Shown: piece after piece, positions 1 through 8,908 of the stretch
Numbering within the stretch: the stretch's first letter is position 1
Layout of the letters: the number at the start of each line of letters is the position of its first letter
Source: Candidatus Electrothrix yaqonensis
GTDB taxonomy: Bacteria; Desulfobacterota; Desulfobulbia; Desulfobulbales; Desulfobulbaceae
Direction: 5' to 3'
DNA length: 32,000 bases
NCBI GenBank assembly: GCA_047651235.1
Contig: CP178758.1
Coordinates: 420,001 to 452,000 of the forward strand
Translations under genes and position numbers: made by a program
Notes under the pieces: model-generated
What the model saw: the letters and a program-made list of their open reading frames with translations, nothing else
The model's database searches: none
What the model was told of the DNA's origin: nothing

Positions 1-2832
1 CTGTTGAAAGTGCTGTTCTGCTTCAGCAGGACTCTGTGCCATGCAGCAGCGGCCCAGTCTATGCAGAGTGATGCAGCGTTGATAGCTTGATGTCTTCTCC
101 AGCCCAGCCAGGATGTCTTCAACGACCTGCACTGCCGCTACGGGTTGACCGTTCTGCCAAAGCTGCTCACCTAAGTTACTGCGGGAGAGAAACCATGCCT
201 GCGAGCCCACCGCGCCGCCTGCCTTGCTAGTCGCCTCAGTCAGTTCCTCAGCGTCTCGTCGCATTCCGAAAAACCAAAGAAAGCAATTAACATTCTTAGC
301 AAAGTCAACGCTCTCCTCAGCCCTGCCTGTCTGCAAGGCAACATGGACAGCCCGGAGCAGGTTGGGTAACTCACATCGGGCAACGGCACGGGTTGCATTC
401 GGATTTTTATCATCCAGCTTATATAGTCCCTCGGAAAGCCGGTGATACTCCTGCCAATAGCCTTCCAGCAGCTTGTCCTGCTCCTCCTTGCCCAGCTTCT
501 GCCACAAGGCCGGGGCCAAGGTCGGGTGGAAGCGCAGGAAAACGCTTTCTGCTACTCGCTCCGCCAGCATCAGTCCAGACAGGTTCAGATAATGCCGTAG
601 GATCGACCACTCAGAAGGGTATTCTTCCATTCCAGCCACCTTCACTACTATCTCCTCCAATCCCCCACCCTGAAACACCCCCAATCTCGGCAACCATTCC
701 CGGCACCGCTCCGGCAGCCGTTCAAGGGACAATTCCAACGAAGCCAGCAAAGTTCGATCTTCCCGATCAGCAGGCTGCTCCTCCAGCAATGCTTCCAGAC
801 GCTCACCCAACTCCGCCGGACGGCGTTCCTTAAGCTGCGCCGCCAGCAAACCAATGGACAGAGGATGAAAATCTACCTGCTCAAACAGGCTGACCAAGGC
901 ACTGCGCTGCGGCATCCCGAATTTCGGTTCCGGCGGCGGGCGCATCAGCTTGCCGAACCAGTCCAGCGCATCCTGTTCGCCTAAACCCTTGAGGTGCAGG
1001 CATTGGTGGCGAAAGCTGCCTGCGGTGGGATAATCAGGATGATTGAAATCCGGTTGCCGGGAGGTAAGCAGAACCCGACTCTGCCCGGCCTGAGACCAGC
1101 GGGTGGCCGCAGTCAGCAGCTCAGGCAGACCATCCCCATCGGCCAAGCTCTCCAAGTTGTCCAGGATCAGCAGGGTCGGCATCCGCTTCAGGGCCACCTC
1201 AGCAGCCTCCGCATCAGGCAGGCTCTCATCCAGCACAGTCGCCAAGGTGCTGACCGTCACGCCCACCGGATCAATCCCCTGAAACCCAGAAAAGCTGATA
1301 AAGCAGACCCGATGAAACAATCCCGTGCGCAGCAGCCAGTATCCCGCCTCCAACGCAAGGTAGGTCTTGCCCTGACCGCCAAAACCCGTGACAGAAAAAC
1401 GACGGGTTCCCTGCACGGCAAAGGCCCGTTCAATACGCCAGAGTTCAAGGGTTCTGCCGAAGAAACCAGACTCCTGCATCTTTGGCAGGTTATGCTTTTG
1501 ATCCGCTTCCGGGATTTCACTCCCATCCTCCCGGCTCAGCAGAGGACGATTCGGCCCGGTCTGATACAGGGCAGGTAGGAACCAATCGTGCAGCTCCAAG
1601 GTCACGCTCTGATTGCCAGCAAAACCGCGTAGCCGTTCACCCCGCTTGGGATCATAAAACAAAGAAGCACGGGCATCATCCAAGGCCTTGCCCACTGGAT
1701 CGCCCTTGAACAGGCTGCGGTAAAATCGGGCAAACAACAGCCCGGCAGTAGCGACTAAAACGCTGTGCGTCATGGCCAGCACACCGGGAATACCGGCATG
1801 GGTGAGCCAAGCCGCCACACTGCTCATAGCGTCGTCCTCATCCATTGCCGCAGACTGACAGGCGGACAGGACAACCAGTCCGACACGCTGCCGGTGGAAC
1901 AGCTCGCCCAGCAGGCGGGCCTCCACCAATGCCTTTTTGCCCTGCTCATCCTCAAAGAGCAGATAGCCGGTGTGCTTGGGTGTCGCCGTTGTCTCGCCTT
2001 TACTTTCCGCCTCAAGGAGCAACTCTTTCATATACTGCGGGATATGCGTCTTTGCCGCTTCCTTGCCCAGTCCGCCGCTGCGATCAAAAACCCCGTGCCC
2101 GTCAAAATGGATAATATCCACAGCGGGCTGATCCTCATCACGCAGCCGTTTTTCCAGGGCGGAGAGCGTGGCCGGACGGAGAAATTCTACTTCCACCCGC
2201 CGCTCTTCCTGTTGCTCCAAGGCATCCAGCACGGCCTGCGGGTCGGTGCGAGGATTGATGAACCCGGCGTCTTCCGGGCGACTGACAATGAAGAGCAAAC
2301 GCAACACCGGCTTGGGTTCCCGTTTATGGGGCCTGCGTCCCTGTCCGGCCATAGGCAGACGGCGGCGGATAGAGATGCGCGGGGTTTCACCGAACAGAAA
2401 AACACCGCCGGCCGGACGAAGCAGCTCCCAGGGCAGGGAAAGCACTGCCGGATGATCAGCGGCAATAGTGAGCAGGCGGCCTTTTTCCTCCTCGTCCCGG
2501 AAATTGCGGAAGAGTTCGTAGGCCTTGTCAGCCGCCTTCTTAGCCGGCTCGTCATCCGTCCTGAACACGGGCTTGAACACCGCCTCGAACAGATCCGCAC
2601 CCCAACGCCGCAGTTGCTCCCTCGCCCTGTCGGCCCGCTCATCATCCGGCTCGGCCCGGTAGCCGGTGCCGTAGTCTTCCAGATACCAACGGATTTCCTC
2701 CATGTCTTTGTCCGTAAGCGGGTTGACAAAGGCAAAGGCCGAGGTCATGTCCGCATATTCATCATCCGGGATGCGGAGATGGACAGCGACCTGGGTCGGG
2801 TCTGGGAAATTGAGCATCAGTTCTGCAGGCAT
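1..2832 (-). CDS. CHAT (caspase-like protease) / STAND NB-ARC-type P-loop NTPase / TPR-like repeat protein; 3' end runs off the left edge (>=944 aa)
   Basis: My own minus-strand translation from ATG 2832-2830 (GAAGGAA about 8 nt upstream) stays open for all 944 codons to position 1. It has no stop in the window, which explains its absence from the ORF track. CHAT/caspase-type dyad: 'VDIIHFDGHG' (His codon 2095-2097) and 'VVLSACQS' (Cys codon 1858-1860). Walker A 'GFGGQGKT' (1363-1386) and Walker B-like 'TLLILDNLE'. Helical repeats follow toward the C-terminus. The + strand ORFs 393..833, 994..1578 and 1765..2850 are antisense shadows of this gene. Confidence 0.8.
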   Translation of the reverse strand, partial: MPAELMLNFPDPTQVAVHLRIPDDEYADMTSAFAFVNPLTDKDMEEIRWYLEDYGTGYRAEPDDERADRAREQLRRWGADLFEAVFKPVFRTDDEPAKKAADKAYELFRNFRDEEEKGRLLTIAADHPAVLSLPWELLRPAGGVFLFGETPRISIRRRLPMAGQGRRPHKREPKPVLRLLFIVSRPEDAGFINPRTDPQAVLDALEQQEERRVEVEFLRPATLSALEKRLRDEDQPAVDIIHFDGHGVFDRSGGLGKEAAKTHIPQYMKELLLEAESKGETTATPKHTGYLLFEDEQGKKALVEARLLGELFHRQRVGLVVLSACQSAAMDEDDAMSSVAAWLTHAGIPGVLAMTHSVLVATAGLLFARFYRSLFKGDPVGKALDDARASLFYDPKRGERLRGFAGNQSVTLELHDWFLPALYQTGPNRPLLSREDGSEIPEADQKHNLPKMQESGFFGRTLELWRIERAFAVQGTRRFSVTGFGGQGKTYLALEAGYWLLRTGLFHRVCFISFSGFQGIDPVGVTVSTLATVLDESLPDAEAAEVALKRMPTLLILDNLESLADGDGLPELLTAATRWSQAGQSRVLLTSRQPDFNHPDYPTAGSFRHQCLHLKGLGEQDALDWFGKLMRPPPEPKFGMPQRSALVSLFEQVDFHPLSIGLLAAQLKERRPAELGERLEALLEEQPADREDRTLLASLELSLERLPERCREWLPRLGVFQGGGLEEIVVKVAGMEEYPSEWSILRHYLNLSGLMLAERVAESVFLRFHPTLAPALWQKLGKEEQDKLLEGYWQEYHRLSEGLYKLDDKNPNATRAVARCELPNLLRAVHVALQTGRAEESVDFAKNVNCFLWFFGMRRDAEELTEATSKAGGAVGSQAWFLSRSNLGEQLWQNGQPVAAVQVVEDILAGLEKTSSYQRCITLHRLGRCCMAQSPAEAEQHFQQ

Positions 2833-2865
2833 GGTGTGTTCCTTCAATAAATTCTGAACAGCCGC

Positions 2866-4236
2866 TTAGTTTTTCTTCCCCTGCGGTGTAGCACCACCCG
2901 GTGACCCCTGCGGCTTCTCCCCGAACGGCACTGCATTGACCTGAGTGCCGGGACGCAGCATCAGTAGGCCCTCGACAATCACCTTGTCATCGGGCGCAAG
3001 CCCTTTGGTCACCAGCCACTTATCCTCAATGGCCCGCTCAAGCACCAACGGGCGATATTCCGCCTTACTCTCCTTATTAACCACCAGGGCAAAGGGATCA
3101 CCCTTGGAATTGCGCTGCACACCCTGCTGCGGCACCAGGAGCGCCTGCTCCCGGATACCCTCCTGAATCACCGTGCGGACAAACATGCCCGGCAGGAGCA
3201 CTCCGTCCGGGTTGGGAAAAACCGCCCGCAGGGTGACAGAGCCGGTGCTCTGGTCAACCGTGACATCACTGAACTGCAGGGTACCGTCCTGCGGATAGGG
3301 TGTACCGTCCTCCAGCAAAAGCCTAACCTTGTTTTTTCCCGCCCCGTCTTCCTGAATACCGTTTTCCCGGAGGCGCAGCAGTTTGGCCGCAGCTTGGGGA
3401 ATATCCGCATAAATGGGATCCAGCTGCTGGATAATGGACAGCGGGGTCGGCTGATAAGCGGTCACCACCGCGCCTTCAGTTACGTTGGAGATACCTATGC
3501 GGCCGGAGATCGGGGCGGTGACCTTGGTGTAGCCGAGATTAATCTTTGCTGTTTTCACCGCCGCCTCTGCCTGCTGCACAGCAGCCTGGGCAGCGGCAAT
3601 TCCACTACGGCTGCTCTCCACCTGGGCCTGAGCTGCAGTGAGATCCGCCTCAGCCACAGCCGCCCCGGTTGCGGCCTGATCGCGCTGAGCTGCGGAAACA
3701 ATCTTCTGCTTAAACGATTGCTCATAGCGTTTGCTGTCTGCCTTGGCCAGATCCAGCTTGGCCTTAATCCGGCCGATATCAGCTTGGCTGGCCTTGAGCG
3801 CGGCTTTGGAACGATCAACAGATTTTCGGGCCGCAGCAAGGCTGGCTTCGGCATTATCTAATGCTGCCTGAAACGAGGACGGGTCAAGCTGATAGAGGAC
3901 ATCGCCCGCCTGGACATCCGCACCTTCCGTAAACAGACGCTCCTGAATAATACCGCTGACCTGGGGGCGGATCTCCGCAGTACGGAAGGCCGAGGTACGG
4001 CCGGGCAGTTCATCCGTGAGTACGACCTGCTGCGGCTGCATGACGACAAAGGACACTGCCGGGGCAGGCCGCTGCTGCGGTGCGCCCTGCTGCTGTTCTT
4101 TGGCCGAAAACAGACTGATCAGCTGTCCCATCCAGCCGGGCAGTCCCTTCTGATCACAGCCGGACAGAAAGAGGGGACCGGACAAGACGAAGAACAGAAG
4201 GCTCCAAGTGCGCCATGTGCGTAAGAAGATATACAT
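2866..4236 (-). CDS. Efflux RND-type periplasmic adaptor (membrane fusion protein, AcrA/MexA-like)
   Basis: Track ORF 2866..4296. Lipoprotein-type signal 'LFLSGC', a long Ala/Gln-rich alpha-hairpin, and 'YTKVTAPISGRIG...QQLDPIY' motifs typical of MFPs. I moved the start to ATG 4236 because GGAG lies 5 nt upstream and this removes the overlap with the tetR stop at 4268. Confidence 0.85.
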   Translation of the reverse strand: MYIFLRTWRTWSLLFFVLSGPLFLSGCDQKGLPGWMGQLISLFSAKEQQQGAPQQRPAPAVSFVVMQPQQVVLTDELPGRTSAFRTAEIRPQVSGIIQERLFTEGADVQAGDVLYQLDPSSFQAALDNAEASLAAARKSVDRSKAALKASQADIGRIKAKLDLAKADSKRYEQSFKQKIVSAAQRDQAATGAAVAEADLTAAQAQVESSRSGIAAAQAAVQQAEAAVKTAKINLGYTKVTAPISGRIGISNVTEGAVVTAYQPTPLSIIQQLDPIYADIPQAAAKLLRLRENGIQEDGAGKNKVRLLLEDGTPYPQDGTLQFSDVTVDQSTGSVTLRAVFPNPDGVLLPGMFVRTVIQEGIREQALLVPQQGVQRNSKGDPFALVVNKESKAEYRPLVLERAIEDKWLVTKGLAPDDKVIVEGLLMLRPGTQVNAVPFGEKPQGSPGGATPQGKKN

Positions 4237-4267
4237 AGTAACTCCAAGGAATTGTTCTTTGGCATTT

Positions 4268-4954
4268 TCAGGTAGCTGCGGAACATTCAGATTCAAGCAG
4301 TCCCTGAAAAAAAATATTCAGAATGATGTCCGGAGACTCGGGATAAGAATCCCGGCCTTCCAGCCAGTTGGAAAGAAAAGCATTGCACAGGCTGTCCAAA
4401 GCAACCGCTAGGTGATAGGGCTCGGCAATCCGACGGAATCTGCCGTTCTCCATGCCACTGGCAAAAACAACCGCAAGAGCCTTCTGCATCTGATAATGCC
4501 GCTCCCGCAGCTCGTTGTCTAGGCCCGCCTTGATATTAAAACTCGCCCCCCGCGTCTCAGCAAAATAGAGACGGATAAAGGAGACGTTGTGCATAAACAC
4601 CTGCCCCTTGACTTGCACGTAATTGCGCAGCTGGCCGATCTCGTCGTCTGTGGCCTCCAGAGCTGCGCTCAGAGCAACATGAAAACGCTCTGCCTGCTCG
4701 GTAATCAGGGCCTTGTATAGAGCCTCTTTATTTTTGAAAAACTTGTACAGCGTACCGACCGCAAACTCGGCCTGGTCGGCAATCTCCTGCATCGAGGCAT
4801 TATGATAGCCCTTTGCCGAAAAAAGCTGAATCGCTGCAGCAAGCATCTCCTGACGTTGTCGGCGTTTTTCGCGCTCCCGGCGGGAGGGTTTCCTATCCTG
4901 CATCAGAGATGCCTCTTGCTGCCGGTTCAGCATAGTTGCTTCCCGGCATAGCAT
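4268..4954 (-). CDS. TetR/AcrR family transcriptional regulator
   Basis: N-terminal HTH 'ASMQEIADQAEFAVGTLYKFFKNKEALY' is typical of TetR. It lies directly upstream of, and co-oriented with, the MFP gene. Alternative start at ATG 4933 (GGGAAG upstream). Confidence 0.85.
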   Translation of the reverse strand: MLCREATMLNRQQEASLMQDRKPSRREREKRRQRQEMLAAAIQLFSAKGYHNASMQEIADQAEFAVGTLYKFFKNKEALYKALITEQAERFHVALSAALEATDDEIGQLRNYVQVKGQVFMHNVSFIRLYFAETRGASFNIKAGLDNELRERHYQMQKALAVVFASGMENGRFRRIAEPYHLAVALDSLCNAFLSNWLEGRDSYPESPDIILNIFFQGLLESECSAAT

Positions 4955-5001
4955 GTTGCTTCATTATCCGGCTCATTTTCTGTTGATCGTATTCATTTTG
5001 T

Positions 5002-5015
5002 GAATTTAAATTCAT
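5002..5015. promoter_or_regulatory. Perfect 14-bp palindrome TGAATTTAAATTCA, candidate TetR operator
   Basis: Read directly from the sequence. It lies about 50-80 bp upstream of the tetR start. A third ATTCA half-site sits at 4992-4996 (ATTCA-N5-TGAAT-TTAA-ATTCA). TetR regulators typically bind such palindromes in their own promoter. Confidence 0.45.
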
Positions 5016-5280
5016 TGCATTGTAAAGCCATAAATAGGATTGTCAAACAGAAAAAAAACGACGGTTCCATAACGAGACAGAAGACACAGATAAAATATTA
5101 ATAATAAACAGTAAAATATGTAGCGGATAGTCCTCTGCTTTTTTTACCCCTCTCTCCTGAAACAAAATTCCTCTTTTTGTTTTCCTTGGATCATGATACA
5201 CCTGCCGAAAAGGGCGGGCGAAATACGGAGCTAAATACTGACCAGCAGCTACCCGCTATCTATTCCAGTAAAATTGAACG

Positions 5281-6528
5281 ATGAAACAGGCAGCAGCACA
5301 ACCTATTACAGAAAAAGAGCGAATACAGTCTATTGATGTTCTGCGCGGATTTGCCGTATTATGCATATTGGCCATAAATATCAGAGCATTATCAGGCCCT
5401 TGGGTGGCTTATTTCAATCCGGCCGCATATGGTGATTTATCAGGAATAAACTATTTAATCTGGCTAGTTACAGACCTTTTTTTCTATCACAAATTTTTAA
5501 TTACCTTTTCAATTCTCTTCGGCGCAGGAGTTATTCTTTTTACAGAAAGGCTGGAAAGCAGAGACAAACCTGTATTCAAAATATATTATCTGAGAAATTC
5601 AATCTTGTTACTTATGGGGATAGCGCATTACATTCTGATCTGGGATGGAGACATCCTTCATTGGTATGGCCTTTGCGCCTTTTTTCTTTACTGGCTCAGA
5701 AAGCTGCCTTCCAGATATTTACTCATAGCAGGAGCTGTTATTTTTTCTTTCCAATTTATTATCAGAACCTATTATTACTTTATTGTTATTGAATATCCTC
5801 CGAAAATATTCCAGGAGTGGATGCAATATAATTGGCACTCATCTCAGCAGACTATAAATGAAATTATAAATATTTATAAAAGCGGATGGATCGAGCAAAT
5901 AAATTACAGAATAAACGATTCTCTAGGATACTTTATTGGTCATGTCGTAAAAAAGGGAGAAATATTCGAGCCTCTTGGCGCTATGCTGATCGGAATGGTA
6001 CTCTTCAAGACATCGGTCATAAATGCGAGTAAATCAAAAATATTCTACAAAAGACTGCTTGTTAGTTCATTGATAATTGGGTTGCCGCCAACAGTAATCA
6101 GTGCATATATTATGTCACATTCAAACTTTGATGCGGTTGCCGGATTCTTTGTAGCTTTTCAATTTAATTTATTTGGTTCTCTATTTCTGAGTCTTGCATA
6201 TATAAGCATTATCATGCTGCTTTGTAAAAATCAGAAATTTACTTGGCTGACGACCAGATTGTCTTCGGTAGGACGCATGGCATTTACAAACTACATAATG
6301 CAGTCATTGATCTGCACGTGGATTTTTTACGGATTCGGATTGGGCTTATACGGCAGTGCAGAACGTTGGGAACAGATGATAGTGGTCCTGATAATATGGC
6401 TGCTGCAGATATGGAGCTCGTCAATATGGCTGAAATATTTTCGTTCCGGCCCACTGGAATGGTTATGGAGATCCTTGACATACTGGAAATTTCAGTCTAT
6501 CAGACGCAGAAGGCCTGACCGCAGCTGA
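5281..6528 (+). CDS. DUF418/YeiB-like polytopic membrane protein
   Basis: 415-aa ORF. The N-terminal 'IQSIDVLRGFAVLCILAINI' and multiple hydrophobic segments resemble the YeiB/DUF418 family. The gene is clearly AT-richer than its flanks. Confidence 0.65.
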   Translation: MKQAAAQPITEKERIQSIDVLRGFAVLCILAINIRALSGPWVAYFNPAAYGDLSGINYLIWLVTDLFFYHKFLITFSILFGAGVILFTERLESRDKPVFKIYYLRNSILLLMGIAHYILIWDGDILHWYGLCAFFLYWLRKLPSRYLLIAGAVIFSFQFIIRTYYYFIVIEYPPKIFQEWMQYNWHSSQQTINEIINIYKSGWIEQINYRINDSLGYFIGHVVKKGEIFEPLGAMLIGMVLFKTSVINASKSKIFYKRLLVSSLIIGLPPTVISAYIMSHSNFDAVAGFFVAFQFNLFGSLFLSLAYISIIMLLCKNQKFTWLTTRLSSVGRMAFTNYIMQSLICTWIFYGFGLGLYGSAERWEQMIVVLIIWLLQIWSSSIWLKYFRSGPLEWLWRSLTYWKFQSIRRRRPDRS

Positions 6529-6666
6529 TATTTTCTGCAACGTCGGAGGAGATAGCGGCATCCAATTTAATTCTACTTTGGTGACTATACCATTAACTAT
6601 TTAATAATATTAATAATGATAAAAACAGGGGTTTTTAAATACTTAATAAAAATAAGCTGGTTATGT

Positions 6667-7357
6667 TTATGATCGCCAAAGTAGAACTATATAGACCATG
6701 GTTTCAGCTGATTGCGCCTGTCGTTCATAGTCAATCATCAATCTTCGGTCCCATTGAAACCAGCCGAAAGTTCTTTCAATGATCCAACGTTTCTGTACTA
6801 GTTGAAACCCTTTGCTTTTCAAAGTGGGAGCGATTTCCAGCCGGCATTGAAAGGCGCACCATAAATAGTCGGCCAGATCACCTCGGTAAGCGGCGGCCCA
6901 GACCAGTTTAATGGAAGCAAACCACAAAAAAAGAGTCTGAAAGATAGAAACAGACTGTTTTCCATCCGACAGATTGGCGTCATGAACTTTAACGATCAGC
7001 GGGAAACCAAGGGTATCCGTAACCATGTGGCGTTTTCGCCCTTTCACTTTCTTGTTGCCGTCAACCCCCCCGGGTCTCGGCCATCTGCGAAGCTTTGACG
7101 GATTGACTGTCAATCATGACGGCAGAAGGCTCAGCGTTTTTTCCCTGGTCCTGTCGCAAATCCGTGTGGACTGCCTGCTTTATAAGGAACCAGGTTTCAT
7201 CCTGTTTCCATTTACGGAAATAAGAGTAAATGTCGCGTCCCGTGTGATAATATACCTGCGAGAAGTTGGCCCTTGTTTCTTGCCCGTGAACGTATAACCG
7301 TTCTTTTATCAGAACATAAACTGCCCGGTTTATCATCATGAATATCGCACTGCACAA
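6667..7357 (-). pseudogene. IS5-family transposase relic, frameshifted at a G7 run and degenerate or truncated at the 5' end
   Basis: Two track ORFs (7061..7357 and 6667..7113, both minus) together carry 'YFRKW...IDSQSVKA...RG' and 'DGNKKVKGRKRH..DTLG...IERTFGW', as in IS5-family DDE transposases. The frames switch at C7 on the plus strand (7065-7071, G7 on the coding strand). With G6 the reading 'ETRGVDGNKKVKGRKRH' would be continuous. Confidence 0.75.
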
Positions 7358-8315
7358 AAGAGCGCGTACAACCCCGGCTGTCCGCCGGGAAATTCAGCGC
7401 TCAGAACTTTCCGAACGTAAGTTGTCGGAAAAATACGGCATCAGCAGAAGTACGGTCCGGAAATGGAAATACCGTGATACCGCCGACGATTTTTCGCACA
7501 GGCCGCATAATCTGCACGCGACGCTCACGGATCCGGAAGAAGCCGTGGTTGTTGAGCTGCGCAGAACGCTCCTTCTTCCGATTGACGATCTCCTTGTTGT
7601 TGTGCGTGAATTCATCTGTCCGCATATGTCGCGCTCCGCCCTTGACCGCTGCCTGCGGCGGCACGGAGTCTCAAATCTGAAAGAGCTGATCCCGGCGGAG
7701 GAAAACGAAGAGAACCGTCCGAAAACATTTAAAGATTACGAACCTGGTTTTGTGCATGCCGATATAAAATATCTCCCGCGGATGCCGGACGAAACGGAGC
7801 GGAAATATCTTTTTGTCGGCATCGACAGGGCCACCCGGTGGGTGTACATGGAGATCCGGGCTTCGAAAACTGCGGAATCCGCCCGCTCTTTTCTGAATAA
7901 TCTCATTGGGAAGGCCCCGTTCATGATCTCAAAAATTCTCACCGACAACGGGAAGGAGTTCACCGACCGTTTCTGCCCGTCCGGAGAGCGTGAACCGACC
8001 GGAAATCACGTATTTGATCGGAAATGCGGGGAGAACGGCATTGAGCACCGTCTGATAAAACCGCGCAGACCGCAGACAAACGGCATGGTCGAGCGCTTCA
8101 ACGGCAGAAGTAAAGAAGTTGTTCAGCAGACAAAGTTTGAATCGTCCCGTCAGCTTAAGGAAATACTGCTGCAGTATCTCCGTATTTACAATCACCATAT
8201 TCCGCAGAAAAATCCCGGTCATATCACGCCGGTTGAGGCTCTGAAAAACTGGCGGAAAACGCATCCCGATTTATTTAAAAAATTGGTGTACAATCAGTCG
8301 GGGCTTGACATCTAA
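7338..8315 (+). CDS. IS481-family DDE transposase
   Basis: 325-aa ORF with N-terminal HTH 'GISRSTVRKW' and DDE contexts 'HADIKY', 'LTDNGKEF' and 'TNGMVERFN'. I could not identify terminal inverted repeats by eye, so the element boundaries are unresolved. Confidence 0.85.
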   Translation: MNIALHKRARTTPAVRREIQRSELSERKLSEKYGISRSTVRKWKYRDTADDFSHRPHNLHATLTDPEEAVVVELRRTLLLPIDDLLVVVREFICPHMSRSALDRCLRRHGVSNLKELIPAEENEENRPKTFKDYEPGFVHADIKYLPRMPDETERKYLFVGIDRATRWVYMEIRASKTAESARSFLNNLIGKAPFMISKILTDNGKEFTDRFCPSGEREPTGNHVFDRKCGENGIEHRLIKPRRPQTNGMVERFNGRSKEVVQQTKFESSRQLKEILLQYLRIYNHHIPQKNPGHITPVEALKNWRKTHPDLFKKLVYNQSGLDI

Positions 8316-8354
8316 TCCATAATTTTTCCCCGTACCCCCCAGGCAAACCCCTGT

Positions 8355-8423
8355 TCAGGCTGATTTCCCTAACGTTCCGCACACCTCCCGCACCAGTGCA
8401 ACATCCGCGTCCATGATTTCGCA
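8355..8423 (-). pseudogene. Displaced fragment of a thrC 3' end (last 22 codons plus stop)
   Basis: The minus strand reads 'CEIMDADVALVREVCGTLGKSA*'. The tail of the intact thrC reads 'CEIMDADAALIREYVEKNALEG*', which is the same length. Nucleotides 8402-8423 match 8956-8977 at 21/22 positions. Similarity decays distally and ends abruptly upstream of the Cys codon. Confidence 0.7.
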
Positions 8424-8448
8424 TCAGCCCATCATAGCCCGTGAAATT

Positions 8449-8856
8449 TTATCCCAAATATGCTGACATTTTTTCAGCAAACGTCTTTTCGGCGTCATCA
8501 ATTTCACCGTCGGATTGAAATAACTTGACCATAAGTTTTTGGGCAGTCTCTTTTGAGTAAGTAGATTCGAGACGCTCACTCACATCTTTCAGAAAGTTTT
8601 CGAGTGTGGCGTTTGTCCTCGCTTTTCTTACCCGCTCTGTTGCGGTTGACATATAAATCTTTACGTCAATTCCTGATTCCCAGTTGAACTGGTCAATTTC
8701 CCCCTGAATAACGCTTTCTTCCGCCAGCGACAGGTGATTGTCAACATATTTGCAGTACAGCAGAAGATCAAGCAGGGCTTCCCGTTCCTGCTGCGTCAGT
8801 CCGTCATTCTTTTCCGGGGCATTTTTTGTACCGAATATTTTTTCCAAGATACTCAT
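8449..8856 (-). CDS. TerB-like (tellurite-resistance TerB / DjlA N-terminal-type) small protein
   Basis: Track ORF 8449..8937. I trimmed the start to ATG 8856 because of a strong GGAGGAGAG Shine-Dalgarno sequence just upstream. 'QQEREALLDLLLYCKYVDNHLSLAEE' and 'LFQSDGEIDDAEKTFAEKM' resemble the paired helical TerB motif. AT-richer than thrC. Confidence 0.5.
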   Translation of the reverse strand: MSILEKIFGTKNAPEKNDGLTQQEREALLDLLLYCKYVDNHLSLAEESVIQGEIDQFNWESGIDVKIYMSTATERVRKARTNATLENFLKDVSERLESTYSKETAQKLMVKLFQSDGEIDDAEKTFAEKMSAYLG

Positions 8857-8908
8857 ACTCTCCTCCATCAGTTTTATATAACAGGGTAAAGTGTAAACAA
8901 GAGCCTTA

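Noticed and set aside
1765-2850. 361-aa + strand ORF, together with 393..833 and 994..1578
   Set aside because: Its composition is Arg/Gly/His/Gln-rich with no motifs. The opposite strand carries a continuous, motif-rich 944-codon ORF (CHAT/STAND). These are antisense shadow ORFs typical of GC-rich genes.
7270-7337. Attempt to define IS481 terminal inverted repeats (left 7270-7337 versus right 8285-8315)
   Set aside because: Hand alignment of candidate ends gave only scattered matches, so no boundaries are claimed.
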